Positions 8,532-17,857 of a stretch of 40,918 nt of DNA are shown piece by piece. The number at the start of each line of letters is the position of its first letter. Within the stretch, counting starts at the first letter, position 1. The stretch is from a virus. Lineage: Duplodnaviria; Caudoviricetes. Where the stretch lies: the IMG/VR virus record IMGVR_UViG_3300018063_000026, positions 1 through 40,918 of that record. One strand, written 5' to 3'. The position numbers and the translations under genes are program-made. The notes under the pieces were generated by a model. That model ran no database searches and was not told the DNA's origin. It saw only the letters and a list, made by a program, of their open reading frames with translations.

Positions 8532-10723
8532 TGCTCGGCGAACTCCATCAGGCCGGCACCGATCGAGCGCTTGACACGCTGGCGATGCGTCCGCCCGAGC
8601 CGGCGCAACCACCGAAACCCAGCTTCTGGGGCGGCCTGCTCGGCGCCGTGCGGCTGCAACCGCCTGGCCTGGTCGGCGAGCCAGGCGTGCAGGCCGGTGC
8701 TGCCGAGATGGCCGCCGGCGGCGTCGAGCTTGGCGTCGGGCTGTACCGCCGCCTGACTGGGCCGCAGGACTTTGATACGCGCAACCCGGTATCAGAGCGG
8801 CTACGCGAGTTTTCTACCCGCCTGCGCCCAGATCCAGCGACCGCTGGCCTGGCCGAGCGCGTGACGTACGACCTGGAACGCGTGCTGACGAAGGCCGGCG
8901 CGTACACCGCGGCCGCCGGGCCGGTGGGCGCCGCGGCGCTGCTGTCGGTCGATGAAGCGCTGACGGTGAGCGCCGATCTGCGCGGCAAGGTCGATGAGAC
9001 GACGCGCTCGAAAGTGGCTGCCGTGACCGGGCTGGCGACTGGCATCGGAACTCTCCTACCTGTTTTCGGCGGCACGGTGGCCCGCACGCTCGGGCTGTAC
9101 GCGCTCGGCGGGCCTGGCGCCTTCGTGGCGCAGCAGGCGGCGACGCGCGAGATTCTGCGCAGCGCTGACTACGGCGCGCTGGCCGCGCAGTACGACCCGC
9201 TCGACCCGTACGGGCTGCCGCTGGCGTTCCTGCTGCCGACGCCGTTCGTCGCCGCTGGGCTGCGGGCGAACTTGCGCGGCGCGCCGGGCCGCGTCGAGCC
9301 GACGCTCACCGCCGAGCAGACAGACGCCGTGATGGCGCACAACCTGACTCTGATGCGCGACGTGCACGAAGCGACGCCGCCCGCGGTGATGGCGGCCGAA
9401 ATGATGCGCGGCCCGGTAACTGGAAACGCGAACTTCCGCGCGTGGTTCGGTGCCAGCAAGGTAGTGGACGAGCAGGGTGCACCGCTGGTGGTCTACCACG
9501 GCACGTCTCGCGACTTCGATGCATTCGACACCGCCGCGCAGCGCTCAATTCAAGCCGACAGCTCGGCGGCTGGCCTGTACTTCACACGACACCCGGAAGA
9601 CGCCAGCGGGTACGCCACTGGCCGCACTGGGCGCGAAGGCGCCAATGTCGTGCCTGTGTACGTGAGTCTCAAGAACCCGTTTATCTGGCCAGCAGACGAC
9701 ATTTCGCCTTCCCTTATCACAGCCGCCAAACGAGCAGAGTTAGAGGCCAAAGGGTACGACGGCATCATTTACCGCGGTGGCGATGAGATCGTTGCATTCC
9801 GTCCTGAGCAAGTGAAATCCGCCATCGGCAACAGCGGACTTTTCGACCCTGCCAGCGGAAGCCTGACAGACGCACCAGATCAAACGGAGGGCGTTCAAAC
9901 CGGGGCGGCCGATGTCTCGGCAGTGCCGCTGCCGGCGAAGGCTCCTGGAGGCCCGGCTGCTGGCGTGGTGCGCATGTACCACGGTGGAGAACCAGGAGAT
10001 GCCACCGGCCCGCTGTGGTTCACGTCTGACTTGCGCAACGCGAAAGGATGGGCAAAGTCTAGCCGAATCTGGTACGTCGATGTTCCGAAAGGTCATGCAG
10101 CACTTGGTGGTGACCCGGAATTCGGCGTCTTGCCCCCTCAAAACATCGAGTTGCCTGCCGACATCGCCGTCCGCAGGCAAGTCCTAGACGCCAAGCCAGG
10201 CTTGCTGTCGGCACTCGAAACCGCCGCCGCACTGCTGAAGGGTCGCGACCCGGCGCAGGTGCTGGCCGAGCTGCAAGCCAAGGGCGATGTGCCGCCGTTG
10301 CTGAACAACGCCATTGTGGCAATGGTCGAGGCCGGCGGACGTCCGGCGCGGCTGGCGGCGACGGTTGCTCACTTTGAAGCCGCGGCCAAGGCGGCGCCCG
10401 ACCGCCCGGCTGCCGACCTGCTGGCTGACGCGGTGGAGCGCGTGCGCGCCGGCGAGCCGGTGCCGGACGACAAGCCGCAGGCGAAGGGCGGCGTCGAAGG
10501 CGATGCGCTGCTCGAATCGCTGCGCGCGCGCGTCGCGCTGGTCGAGACGACGGCGCCCGAGATGATCGTGCGGCGCGACGAGACTGGCACCGCGACGGCT
10601 GCCGATGAGCTGGCCCGAGCCCGCAAGGAAGCTGCGGAAGGCACTGCTGACGAGCTTGGCGCCGCCGACGCGGATCTGGTGCGCATCGCGGCGGACTGCA
10701 TGCTGTCTACGGGGGGCCGATGA
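8528..10723 (+). CDS. Internal virion protein 3 with inserted ART-PolyVal-like ADP-ribosyltransferase domain(s)
   Basis: Hydrophobic N-terminal third, then FRAWFGASKVVD..PLVVYHGT..GLYFT..PVYVSLKNP..GYDGII..EIVAFRPEQVKSAIGN, then a second YHGG..LWFTSD segment. Confidence 0.85.
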   Translation: MMLGELHQAGTDRALDTLAMRPPEPAQPPKPSFWGGLLGAVRLQPPGLVGEPGVQAGAAEMAAGGVELGVGLYRRLTGPQDFDTRNPVSERLREFSTRLRPDPATAGLAERVTYDLERVLTKAGAYTAAAGPVGAAALLSVDEALTVSADLRGKVDETTRSKVAAVTGLATGIGTLLPVFGGTVARTLGLYALGGPGAFVAQQAATREILRSADYGALAAQYDPLDPYGLPLAFLLPTPFVAAGLRANLRGAPGRVEPTLTAEQTDAVMAHNLTLMRDVHEATPPAVMAAEMMRGPVTGNANFRAWFGASKVVDEQGAPLVVYHGTSRDFDAFDTAAQRSIQADSSAAGLYFTRHPEDASGYATGRTGREGANVVPVYVSLKNPFIWPADDISPSLITAAKRAELEAKGYDGIIYRGGDEIVAFRPEQVKSAIGNSGLFDPASGSLTDAPDQTEGVQTGAADVSAVPLPAKAPGGPAAGVVRMYHGGEPGDATGPLWFTSDLRNAKGWAKSSRIWYVDVPKGHAALGGDPEFGVLPPQNIELPADIAVRRQVLDAKPGLLSALETAAALLKGRDPAQVLAELQAKGDVPPLLNNAIVAMVEAGGRPARLAATVAHFEAAAKAAPDRPAADLLADAVERVRAGEPVPDDKPQAKGGVEGDALLESLRARVALVETTAPEMIVRRDETGTATAADELARARKEAAEGTADELGAADADLVRIAADCMLSTGGR

Positions 10724-10901
10724 GCTGCAATGCCGCCAGTCCGACGACAGCGCCGGCGACGATTGTCCACTTGATGATGCGCCACCAGTCGCGGAGGTAT
10801 CGCGTGGCCTGCCGCGCGTTACCGGTTGCCATCAGCCCCCACAGCCACACCCAGCCGAGCATCACTGCGACGCAGCCGGCGAAGATGAAAGCCTGACGCA
10901 T
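10707..10901 (-). CDS. Counter-oriented 64-aa two-TM membrane protein (moron-like)
   Basis: Two hydrophobic stretches; fills the intergenic gap; TACATT 8 nt upstream of ATG. Confidence 0.65.
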   Translation of the reverse strand: MRQAFIFAGCVAVMLGWVWLWGLMATGNARQATRYLRDWWRIIKWTIVAGAVVGLAALQLIGPP

Positions 10902-13416
10902 GTCGCCCAAATGTATCCAGCAACTCACCGCCGCGGCAGGTAAACCGTTGTCGGCTGGGAAGTTGCGGGCGATCGAGTCCGCGCTGGACAGCAAGATGCG
11001 CGAACTGGCGCGCCGCGACCGCACTCGCTGGCAAGGCCTGACGCGCGACCAGCGCCTGGCTGAAGCCGCCGCCGCCGCGATGAAGGACGTGCAGGCCGCC
11101 GCGGCGCGCCGCGAGTACAACGCGACGTTGCAGGTGCTGCGCACCGCCGAGACAGACGAGCGCGTGCGTGCCGCCATGGCACTCAACGACCTGACGCGCT
11201 CGCAGGGCTTCATCCGCGACATGGACTTGACCAGCCAGAACGCAGATGCGATCCGCAACGAGGCAACAGGCCACCTTGGCGACCTGATCGACGCGGCGGA
11301 ATCGAAGGCCGGCACCGGCCCGCTGCGCAATCTCGGCATGCGCATGTTCGATCTCGACAACCCGCGGATGACGGCGGACATCGTGCGCGAGGTGTTCAGG
11401 AACGCCGATGGTTCCACGGGAAACGCCGCCGCGAAGGCTGGCGCGCGCGCCTGGCTCGACGTCATCGAGGGCCTGCGGGTGCGCTTCAACGCTGCCGGCG
11501 GTGACATCGGCAAACTCGGCTACGGCTACCTGACGCAGGCTCATGACGCGGTGCGCGTGTTCGAGGCTGGTGCCGTGCGCTGGGCAGACACGGTGCTGCC
11601 GCTGCTCGACCGCAACCAGTACGTGCGCACGGACGGCGCGCTGATGACACCTGCTGAGGTGCGGCAACTGCTCACCGCGGCGCACGAGACGCTCTCGACC
11701 GGTGGGGCGAACAAGCGCGAGCTGGGCGCCTTCGCCGGCACCGGCGCGCGCGCGAACCGCGGCATGGATCATCGCGTGCTGCACTTCCGCGACGGCGACG
11801 CCTGGATGGCCTACATGAGAGAGTTCGGGCAGGGCTCGCTCTACGATGCCATGCTCGGCCACATCGCCAACATGGCCCGCGGCATCGCGTTGGTCGAGCG
11901 CATGGGGCCGAACCCGCAACAGCAGTTCCGCGTGCAAAACGACTTGGCGCAACGCGCCGATGGCGTTGGCACGTTCAAGAACCGCGCTGCCGGCAACACG
12001 CCGCAGGACAACTGGAACGTTGTCAGCGGCGTCTCCGGCATGCCGGAGAACCGGCTGATAGCGCAAGTCGGGCAGGACGCGCGCAACGTGCAGACTGCGG
12101 CCAAGCTCGGCGGCGCGGTGCTGTCGGCGTTTACGGACGTGGCAACGATCGCCGCGGATGTGCACTTCAACAAGCTGCCGTACTTCGCCATGCTGGCGAA
12201 CATCGGCCGGCAGTTCGACGGCCAGACACGCGAGTTTCTGCGCGCGCACGGAGTGATGGCGGAAAACCTGACCTCTACGCTCAACCGCTGGACGGGCGAC
12301 AACCTCACGCACAGCTTGACAGGGCGCGTCGCCGGCGCGGTGATGAAGCTATCGCTGATGAACGCCTGGACTGACGGCCTGCGGTCGGCGTTCGCGCAGA
12401 CCATGATGGGCGGGCTGGCGCGGATGGCGCGCAAGGATTGGGCGAAGCTCTCTCCGTGGGATCGCTATCTGCTTGAGCGCAAGGGCATCACCGATGCGGA
12501 CTGGCAGATCATCAGCAAGGCTGTACCTGATCGCCACAAGGGCGGCGACTACCTGACGGCCGATGGTGTGCGCGCAACCGGGATCGACGGCGCCGAGCAA
12601 GCGGCAACCAAGGTGCTCGCCTTCGTGATCGACGAGGCGCAGTTCGCAGTCGTGAATCCTGACGTGGCAACGCGCGCCATCGTCACCGGCGGCGGCATGC
12701 CACGCGGCACGATCAAGGGCGAGGCGATGCGCTCGTTCGCGCAGTTCAAGAGCTTCCCTATCGCGATGATGACGCGGCACTGGCGGCGGATCATGGAAAC
12801 GCCGCAGGGGCTGGAAGGCGCGCCGCTGTTGTTCAGTGGCTTCCTCGGCGATACGGGTACCAAGTTCGCCGCCTTCGCCGCGCTGAACGTGTCGATGATG
12901 ATGCTCGGCGCGATCGTGTTGCAGAACAAGGCGCTGGTGCAGTTCAAAGACCCGTACGACATGACGGAAGGCAAGTTTTGGATGCGCGCGCTCGCGCAGG
13001 GCGGCGGCATGGGCTACCTGGGCGACCTCATCTTCAAAGACCCGACCGAGAACCGCGGCAGCACAGCCGAGCAGGTTGTCGGTACGGTGCTCGGGCCGGT
13101 AGCAGGCAGCGTGGCCGGTGTCGCCGGTGATCTGGTGGTGACGAACGCTTGGCAGGCCGCCAAGGGCAAGGAAACCGACCTCGGCGCGGAGGCGCTGCGC
13201 TGGGGCAACTCGCAACTGCCTGGACAATCTGTGTGGTGGGCGCGCGGCTTGTGGGAAACATGGTTTCTGCACTCCGCGCAGGAAGCGCTGAATCCAGGCT
13301 ACCTGGCGCGAATGAAAGCGCGCGCGCAACGAGATTGGGGACAGAAACGCTGGTGGGAGACCGGAGAACCATTGCCTGAACGCATGCCTGACTTCGAACG
13401 AATCACAGGAGAGTGA
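10900..13416 (+). CDS. Large internal virion / ejection protein 4
   Basis: 838 aa, with RVLHFRDGDAWMAY and FAQFKSFP motifs seen in the last ejection protein of BPP-1-like phages. Confidence 0.85.
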   Translation: MSPKCIQQLTAAAGKPLSAGKLRAIESALDSKMRELARRDRTRWQGLTRDQRLAEAAAAAMKDVQAAAARREYNATLQVLRTAETDERVRAAMALNDLTRSQGFIRDMDLTSQNADAIRNEATGHLGDLIDAAESKAGTGPLRNLGMRMFDLDNPRMTADIVREVFRNADGSTGNAAAKAGARAWLDVIEGLRVRFNAAGGDIGKLGYGYLTQAHDAVRVFEAGAVRWADTVLPLLDRNQYVRTDGALMTPAEVRQLLTAAHETLSTGGANKRELGAFAGTGARANRGMDHRVLHFRDGDAWMAYMREFGQGSLYDAMLGHIANMARGIALVERMGPNPQQQFRVQNDLAQRADGVGTFKNRAAGNTPQDNWNVVSGVSGMPENRLIAQVGQDARNVQTAAKLGGAVLSAFTDVATIAADVHFNKLPYFAMLANIGRQFDGQTREFLRAHGVMAENLTSTLNRWTGDNLTHSLTGRVAGAVMKLSLMNAWTDGLRSAFAQTMMGGLARMARKDWAKLSPWDRYLLERKGITDADWQIISKAVPDRHKGGDYLTADGVRATGIDGAEQAATKVLAFVIDEAQFAVVNPDVATRAIVTGGGMPRGTIKGEAMRSFAQFKSFPIAMMTRHWRRIMETPQGLEGAPLLFSGFLGDTGTKFAAFAALNVSMMMLGAIVLQNKALVQFKDPYDMTEGKFWMRALAQGGGMGYLGDLIFKDPTENRGSTAEQVVGTVLGPVAGSVAGVAGDLVVTNAWQAAKGKETDLGAEALRWGNSQLPGQSVWWARGLWETWFLHSAQEALNPGYLARMKARAQRDWGQKRWWETGEPLPERMPDFERITGE

Positions 13417-13426
13417 CAATCGGACA

Positions 13427-13513
13427 GTTGGTGTAGCTCAGAATCTAGATAGAGCACTGGAGCCCGCAAGGGTGCTTAGAGGTCGGCGGGGATGGACAGT
13501 CCCGCCCACCAAC
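13427..13513 (+). ncRNA. tRNA-like cloverleaf without anticodon loop, T-loop consensus or CCA
   Basis: 7-bp acceptor stem GTTGGTG/CACCAAC; TA; D stem GCTC/GAGC; arm capped CCC-GCAA-GGG; AGGTC variable loop; stem GGCGGG/CCCGCC. Confidence 0.7.
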
Positions 13514-13529
13514 TTTCTGGAGTAGCGCA

Positions 13530-13931
13530 ATGAGACCAGACCAGTACCTGAAACTTCAGGCTCTCGAAGAGAAGATGCTCGACTTGTTTCTCGTCGAAGC
13601 AGAGCCGGATAACTGGCCCGGCCATGGTGTGAAGCCGTCCGCGATGGAACCGCAGATGCGAGGCGATCGCTACTGGTCGAAGAAGAACGCCGCGGCGATC
13701 GGCATCCTCGCAAACCGCGTCTCTTGCATGATCGGCAACGCTCAGGCGTATGGCAGGACTGCGCCATCTGGCACTGCCGATGACGAGAAGCAGTTGGATG
13801 CCGATTACGCCAAAGCCGAGCGCGAAGCCAGCAAGCTACTCGATGAGATGAAGACCGGCGAGCGCAAGAAGGCGTTCGACCGCAGGGTGCATACCAAGGC
13901 ACACGGCAAGGTGGATGGACGCGCCTCGTGA
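13530..13931 (+). CDS. terS: Terminase small subunit (putative)
   Basis: 133 aa, overlaps the terL start; EAEPDNWPG..RGDRYWSKKNA motif. Confidence 0.7.
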   Translation: MRPDQYLKLQALEEKMLDLFLVEAEPDNWPGHGVKPSAMEPQMRGDRYWSKKNAAAIGILANRVSCMIGNAQAYGRTAPSGTADDEKQLDADYAKAEREASKLLDEMKTGERKKAFDRRVHTKAHGKVDGRAS

Positions 13932-15570
13932 TGCCTCGTTCCTGACATTCTTCATTCTCTGGGCGAGATTGCAGGGCTGGAAGATTCCGCCGCTGCATGT
14001 GCGCATCTGCCATTGGCTCGACACATGCGCAGACCGCGTGCGCGTGCTGTTGGTGTTTCGCGGCGCAGCGAAGTCGACCATCTACGCGGTCTACAAGGCG
14101 TACAAGCTCTACCGCTCGCGCTCGCACCGATCGCTGATCTACGCGGCTGATGACAAGCTGGCCGGCAAGCTCACGCGCGACACGCTGAACGTTCTGCGCC
14201 GCCACCCACTGACCGGTGGGATGGTGCCGCGCCACACCGGGGCGATGTCGTTCTGGGTGCACGGTGCGACCGACGCGCGCAACCCGAGCATGGAGGCGGT
14301 AGGGGTCAACTCCAACGCTACCGGGTCACGCGCAGATGACGCCGACTTCGACGACATAGAGGTGCCGAAGAACATCAAGACGGCCGAAGCGCGGCTAAAC
14401 CTGCGCCAGAAGATCGAAGAGGCGACGCACATCCTCGTCCCTGGCTGGCAGAAGACGTTCGTCGGCACGCCGCACACCCATGCCACGATCTACAACGAGC
14501 AGATAGAAGGTGGCGCCGCGGTGCTCAAGATCCCACTCTTCGAGCACGTGCGGCGCTACACCGATGGCATTGATACGCGCATGCGATTCCGATTTGACTT
14601 CGAAGCGGCCGAAGACGGGCTGTACGTGATCGCCGGCATCGGCAAGCCGGCGCGCATCATGGTCGATGGCATCGACTACCGCGTTGAGGGGCACGAAGTT
14701 GTGTTCGATACGCCGCCTGACGTGGTGCTGGACATCTGTGCCGGCTGCGCCTGGCCGGATCGGTTCACGCGCGAAGAGATCGAGGTCAAGCGCAAGGAGA
14801 CGCGCACGCTCAACGCCTGGGACTCGCAGTATCAGCTTGAGGCAAAGCCGATCGAGGATGTTCGGCTAGATCCGGAGCGAATGATCCCGTACCTGGTGGA
14901 GCCCGAGATTCGGCTGGCGAACCGGCGCATCGCGATGTATCTCGGAAGCGTGCAGGTCGTCGGCGCCGTGGCGTATTGGGACTGCTCGCTCGGCAAGGTC
15001 AAGTCGGACGCATCGGCATTCACGGTGCTTTTCACCGACGAGCGCGGGAACCTGTATTGGCATGTGGCTGCCGGCTTGGTCGGCGAGCTGGACGTGCTCG
15101 ACACCGATGGTCGGCTGTGCGGTGGCCAGTGTTACCAGATTCTGGAGCTGGTGCTGAAGTACCAGCTCCCTTGCGTGACCGTAGAAACCAACGGCCCGGG
15201 TGGTTTCGTTCCGCCGATCCTCCGCCGCGCGATGGCCGGCACTGGCTGCGCTGTGCGCGAGGAATTTTCGACCACCAACAAGCAGGCTCGCATCCTCGAT
15301 GCATTCGAGCCGGCGCTGTCTTCGCGCTTCCTGTGGGCACACGAATCCGTGCTCGACGGCCCTGTGTGGGATCAGATGCGCGACTTCAACCCGGCGTCAC
15401 GGAACCAGCCAGATGACTACCTGGACTCGGGCGCCGGGGCTATCCGCTGCACCCCGGTACGCATCGGCAAGGTCATCGAGCAGGCGAACGGCAAGAATTC
15501 TCCGGCAGGGCCGCGCAAGGATTGGGCGCCGCACTCTGGCGTCCATGACGTGTCGTTGGAGGACGTTTAG
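13915..15570 (+). CDS. terL: Terminase large subunit
   Basis: Walker A-like FRGAAKST, GSRAD..FDDIE Walker B, VGTPH, RNase H-like YWDCS..SDAS, VETNGPG, DDYLDSGAG. Confidence 0.93.
   Translation: MDAPRDASFLTFFILWARLQGWKIPPLHVRICHWLDTCADRVRVLLVFRGAAKSTIYAVYKAYKLYRSRSHRSLIYAADDKLAGKLTRDTLNVLRRHPLTGGMVPRHTGAMSFWVHGATDARNPSMEAVGVNSNATGSRADDADFDDIEVPKNIKTAEARLNLRQKIEEATHILVPGWQKTFVGTPHTHATIYNEQIEGGAAVLKIPLFEHVRRYTDGIDTRMRFRFDFEAAEDGLYVIAGIGKPARIMVDGIDYRVEGHEVVFDTPPDVVLDICAGCAWPDRFTREEIEVKRKETRTLNAWDSQYQLEAKPIEDVRLDPERMIPYLVEPEIRLANRRIAMYLGSVQVVGAVAYWDCSLGKVKSDASAFTVLFTDERGNLYWHVAAGLVGELDVLDTDGRLCGGQCYQILELVLKYQLPCVTVETNGPGGFVPPILRRAMAGTGCAVREEFSTTNKQARILDAFEPALSSRFLWAHESVLDGPVWDQMRDFNPASRNQPDDYLDSGAGAIRCTPVRIGKVIEQANGKNSPAGPRKDWAPHSGVHDVSLEDV
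15489..15522 (+). promoter_or_regulatory. Putative late promoter copy 2 (CGGCAAGAATTCTCCG-N12-AAGGAT), inside the terL 3' end
   Basis: 15/16 match to the motif; upstream of the tail fibre cluster. Confidence 0.6.
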
Positions 15571-15620
15571 GCGTCGGCCCAGCGTGAGCCGGCGCGCACC
15601 CCGCGCAAAGAGGCTCACGG

Positions 15621-17843
15621 ATGACGGTCGCGCTCCAGACCACATTGACAACGCACACCGGCAACGGTGTGACGCTGAGCTTCGGGTACGCCTGGCATCT
15701 GCCTGCCAACGGCGACATGGTCGTGCAGGTCGATGGCTTGGCCAAGACGCTGAACGTTGACTACACAGTCTTGGGTGCCGGGGCCACCGGCGGCGGGTTG
15801 GTGATCTTCACCGTCGCGCCGATCAACGGCGCCGTGGTGACTCTGTTCCGCAATACCCAGCTCAAGCGAGACACCGACTACCAGACCGCTGGCGACTTCC
15901 AGGCGGCGGTGGTTAACAAAGACTTCGACCGCGCTTGGCTGGCGCTGCAAGACTTCGAGAGCGGCGGCAAGGGCAGCGCGACGACGCTGCGCGCGCCGAA
16001 CGGGGAACTGATCGACGTGCTGCCGGCAAAGGCCGGGCGCAAGGGAACGTTTCTCTTCTTCAACGACCTCGGCCAGCCGACGACAGTTCTGGCTGGCGTG
16101 CCGACGCCATTCGGGATCAGGCTCTACGAATACACCGCGACTGCCGGCCAGACAACTTTCAGCGTTCCATCCGGCTATGTCGTCGGGTTGATTCAAGTCA
16201 ATCTCAACGGCATCGAACTCGCGGCGACGGACTATGTGGCGACGAATGGCACATCCGTCGTGCTCAACATCGGCGCGACGCTCGACGACGACGTGAAGAT
16301 TTGGGCCTTCTTGACGTTCAGCGTGCCTTCGATCGAAGCGAACCTGGCGAACGTTTTCGACGCCACTGAGGGGGCTGGAAGAATAGGGCTAGATCCGGCG
16401 CTTGCTTACGGCGCAGGTACGGTCGGCGCACATCTGGCCATTCCGGCCAGGCGCATCCCTGCGGAAGTAACGGCCGGGGTCACGCCCTCGTTCTACTTTT
16501 ACCTCCCGACTCCGGCATACGACCTACGCCGCTGCGGCTGCACGCTTGACGGCGTGACCGATGACACCGCGGCGATAAACCGGGTGCTGTCTGTCATCTC
16601 CGCGCAAGGCGGCGGCGACATCGTGCACTCGCCAGGAACGCTGCGGATCACGGCGACGCTCGCGGCTGGCGTGCTACCGGCAAACCTGACCTGGACTGGC
16701 TGTGGGCGCGAGGTGTCGAAAGTCAAGGTCGATGCCGCAGTCGTTGGGCTGACCCGCTTCTTTGCGAACCATTCGCAGATCAATGCGTTCAATCTCAACG
16801 TGCGCGGCATCGGGTTCTTCGGCTCGACTGTTGCTGTCGGGGGGATGTATTTCACCTACGCCGACTGGCTTCAACTGGACGGCGTCGGCTTCGAAGATTT
16901 CACCGCTGCGACTGGCCACGGGCTCCGTATTGGGAACGTTTTCAGATGGGGAGTGAAACGCTGCCATTTCGAGAACATCAAGGCATACGGGGTACGCGCC
17001 GACGCAATCGGCGGCATCGGCTGCAACCACGGCGAGATCACCGGCAAGGGTGAGTTCATTGGCAACAACCAAACTACGTTCGTCGGTATCCACCTGGAAT
17101 CCAGCCAGCAGATCGAGATCAGCGGGCAGGACATGGAAGGATCTTCGAACGGGCTGCGCGCGATCGAGTTCTCAGGCGGCGACGGCACGCACATCCACGA
17201 CAACTACATCGAGCAGTGGCTCGGACGCTGCATCAGTTCGGTGTCTGGCCCGGCTTGCTCGCGCGTCGTGATCGAAAACAACCTGCTCGCCGGCGCAGCG
17301 CCGGTCATCAGTTGCGCGAACGTCGACAACGTCAATTCGAGGTGGACTGTTCGGCACAACCGATTCCCGGACTCTGGCGCCGCGGCGGTGCTGATTACGC
17401 AGGGCACGACCACCGACTTTGTGGAGCACGACAACGACGTGGACGTGTCGAACATGACCGCCACCTACGTCGTATCCGACAAGGATGTAACCCGGCACAG
17501 CGGCACGTTCACAGCGACGCTGACCGGTTGCACGACATCGCCGACCGTCGCCGTGCAATTCGAGCGCATCGGCCGAAAGGTGGTGTTGCGCATCCCAGCG
17601 CTGGCCGCGACCAGCAACACGACCGCATGCACGCTGACAGGCATGCCGACGCGGCTGCAACCGGCCATCGCACAAGTCGTGTGGGGTCGCTACACCGACA
17701 ACGGGATCGACGCGGTTGGCATGGTTTCGATCAGCGCGGGCGGCATCCTGACTTTGGTCAATCAGGCCGGCGTTTCAACGTTCTTCACGGCTACCGGTAC
17801 GAAGGGCGTTCCAACGTTCACGACCGAGTACCTGCTCGACTGA
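15621..17843 (+). CDS. Tail fibre/tailspike: T7-type N-terminal anchor plus right-handed beta-helix (depolymerase-like)
   Basis: HTGNGVTLSF..R.TDYQ..GDF...NKDFDRAWLALQD anchor; DGVTDDTAAINR pectate-lyase-like start; beta-helix repeats. Confidence 0.88.
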   Translation: MTVALQTTLTTHTGNGVTLSFGYAWHLPANGDMVVQVDGLAKTLNVDYTVLGAGATGGGLVIFTVAPINGAVVTLFRNTQLKRDTDYQTAGDFQAAVVNKDFDRAWLALQDFESGGKGSATTLRAPNGELIDVLPAKAGRKGTFLFFNDLGQPTTVLAGVPTPFGIRLYEYTATAGQTTFSVPSGYVVGLIQVNLNGIELAATDYVATNGTSVVLNIGATLDDDVKIWAFLTFSVPSIEANLANVFDATEGAGRIGLDPALAYGAGTVGAHLAIPARRIPAEVTAGVTPSFYFYLPTPAYDLRRCGCTLDGVTDDTAAINRVLSVISAQGGGDIVHSPGTLRITATLAAGVLPANLTWTGCGREVSKVKVDAAVVGLTRFFANHSQINAFNLNVRGIGFFGSTVAVGGMYFTYADWLQLDGVGFEDFTAATGHGLRIGNVFRWGVKRCHFENIKAYGVRADAIGGIGCNHGEITGKGEFIGNNQTTFVGIHLESSQQIEISGQDMEGSSNGLRAIEFSGGDGTHIHDNYIEQWLGRCISSVSGPACSRVVIENNLLAGAAPVISCANVDNVNSRWTVRHNRFPDSGAAAVLITQGTTTDFVEHDNDVDVSNMTATYVVSDKDVTRHSGTFTATLTGCTTSPTVAVQFERIGRKVVLRIPALAATSNTTACTLTGMPTRLQPAIAQVVWGRYTDNGIDAVGMVSISAGGILTLVNQAGVSTFFTATGTKGVPTFTTEYLLD

Positions 17844-17857
17844 GCGGCATCACAGCT

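Noticed and set aside
5853-13419. Long antisense ORFs (e.g. 5853..7694, 7223..8416, 10819..12312, 12349..13419)
   Set aside because: High-GC shadow frames opposite well-supported genes, with no recognisable motifs.
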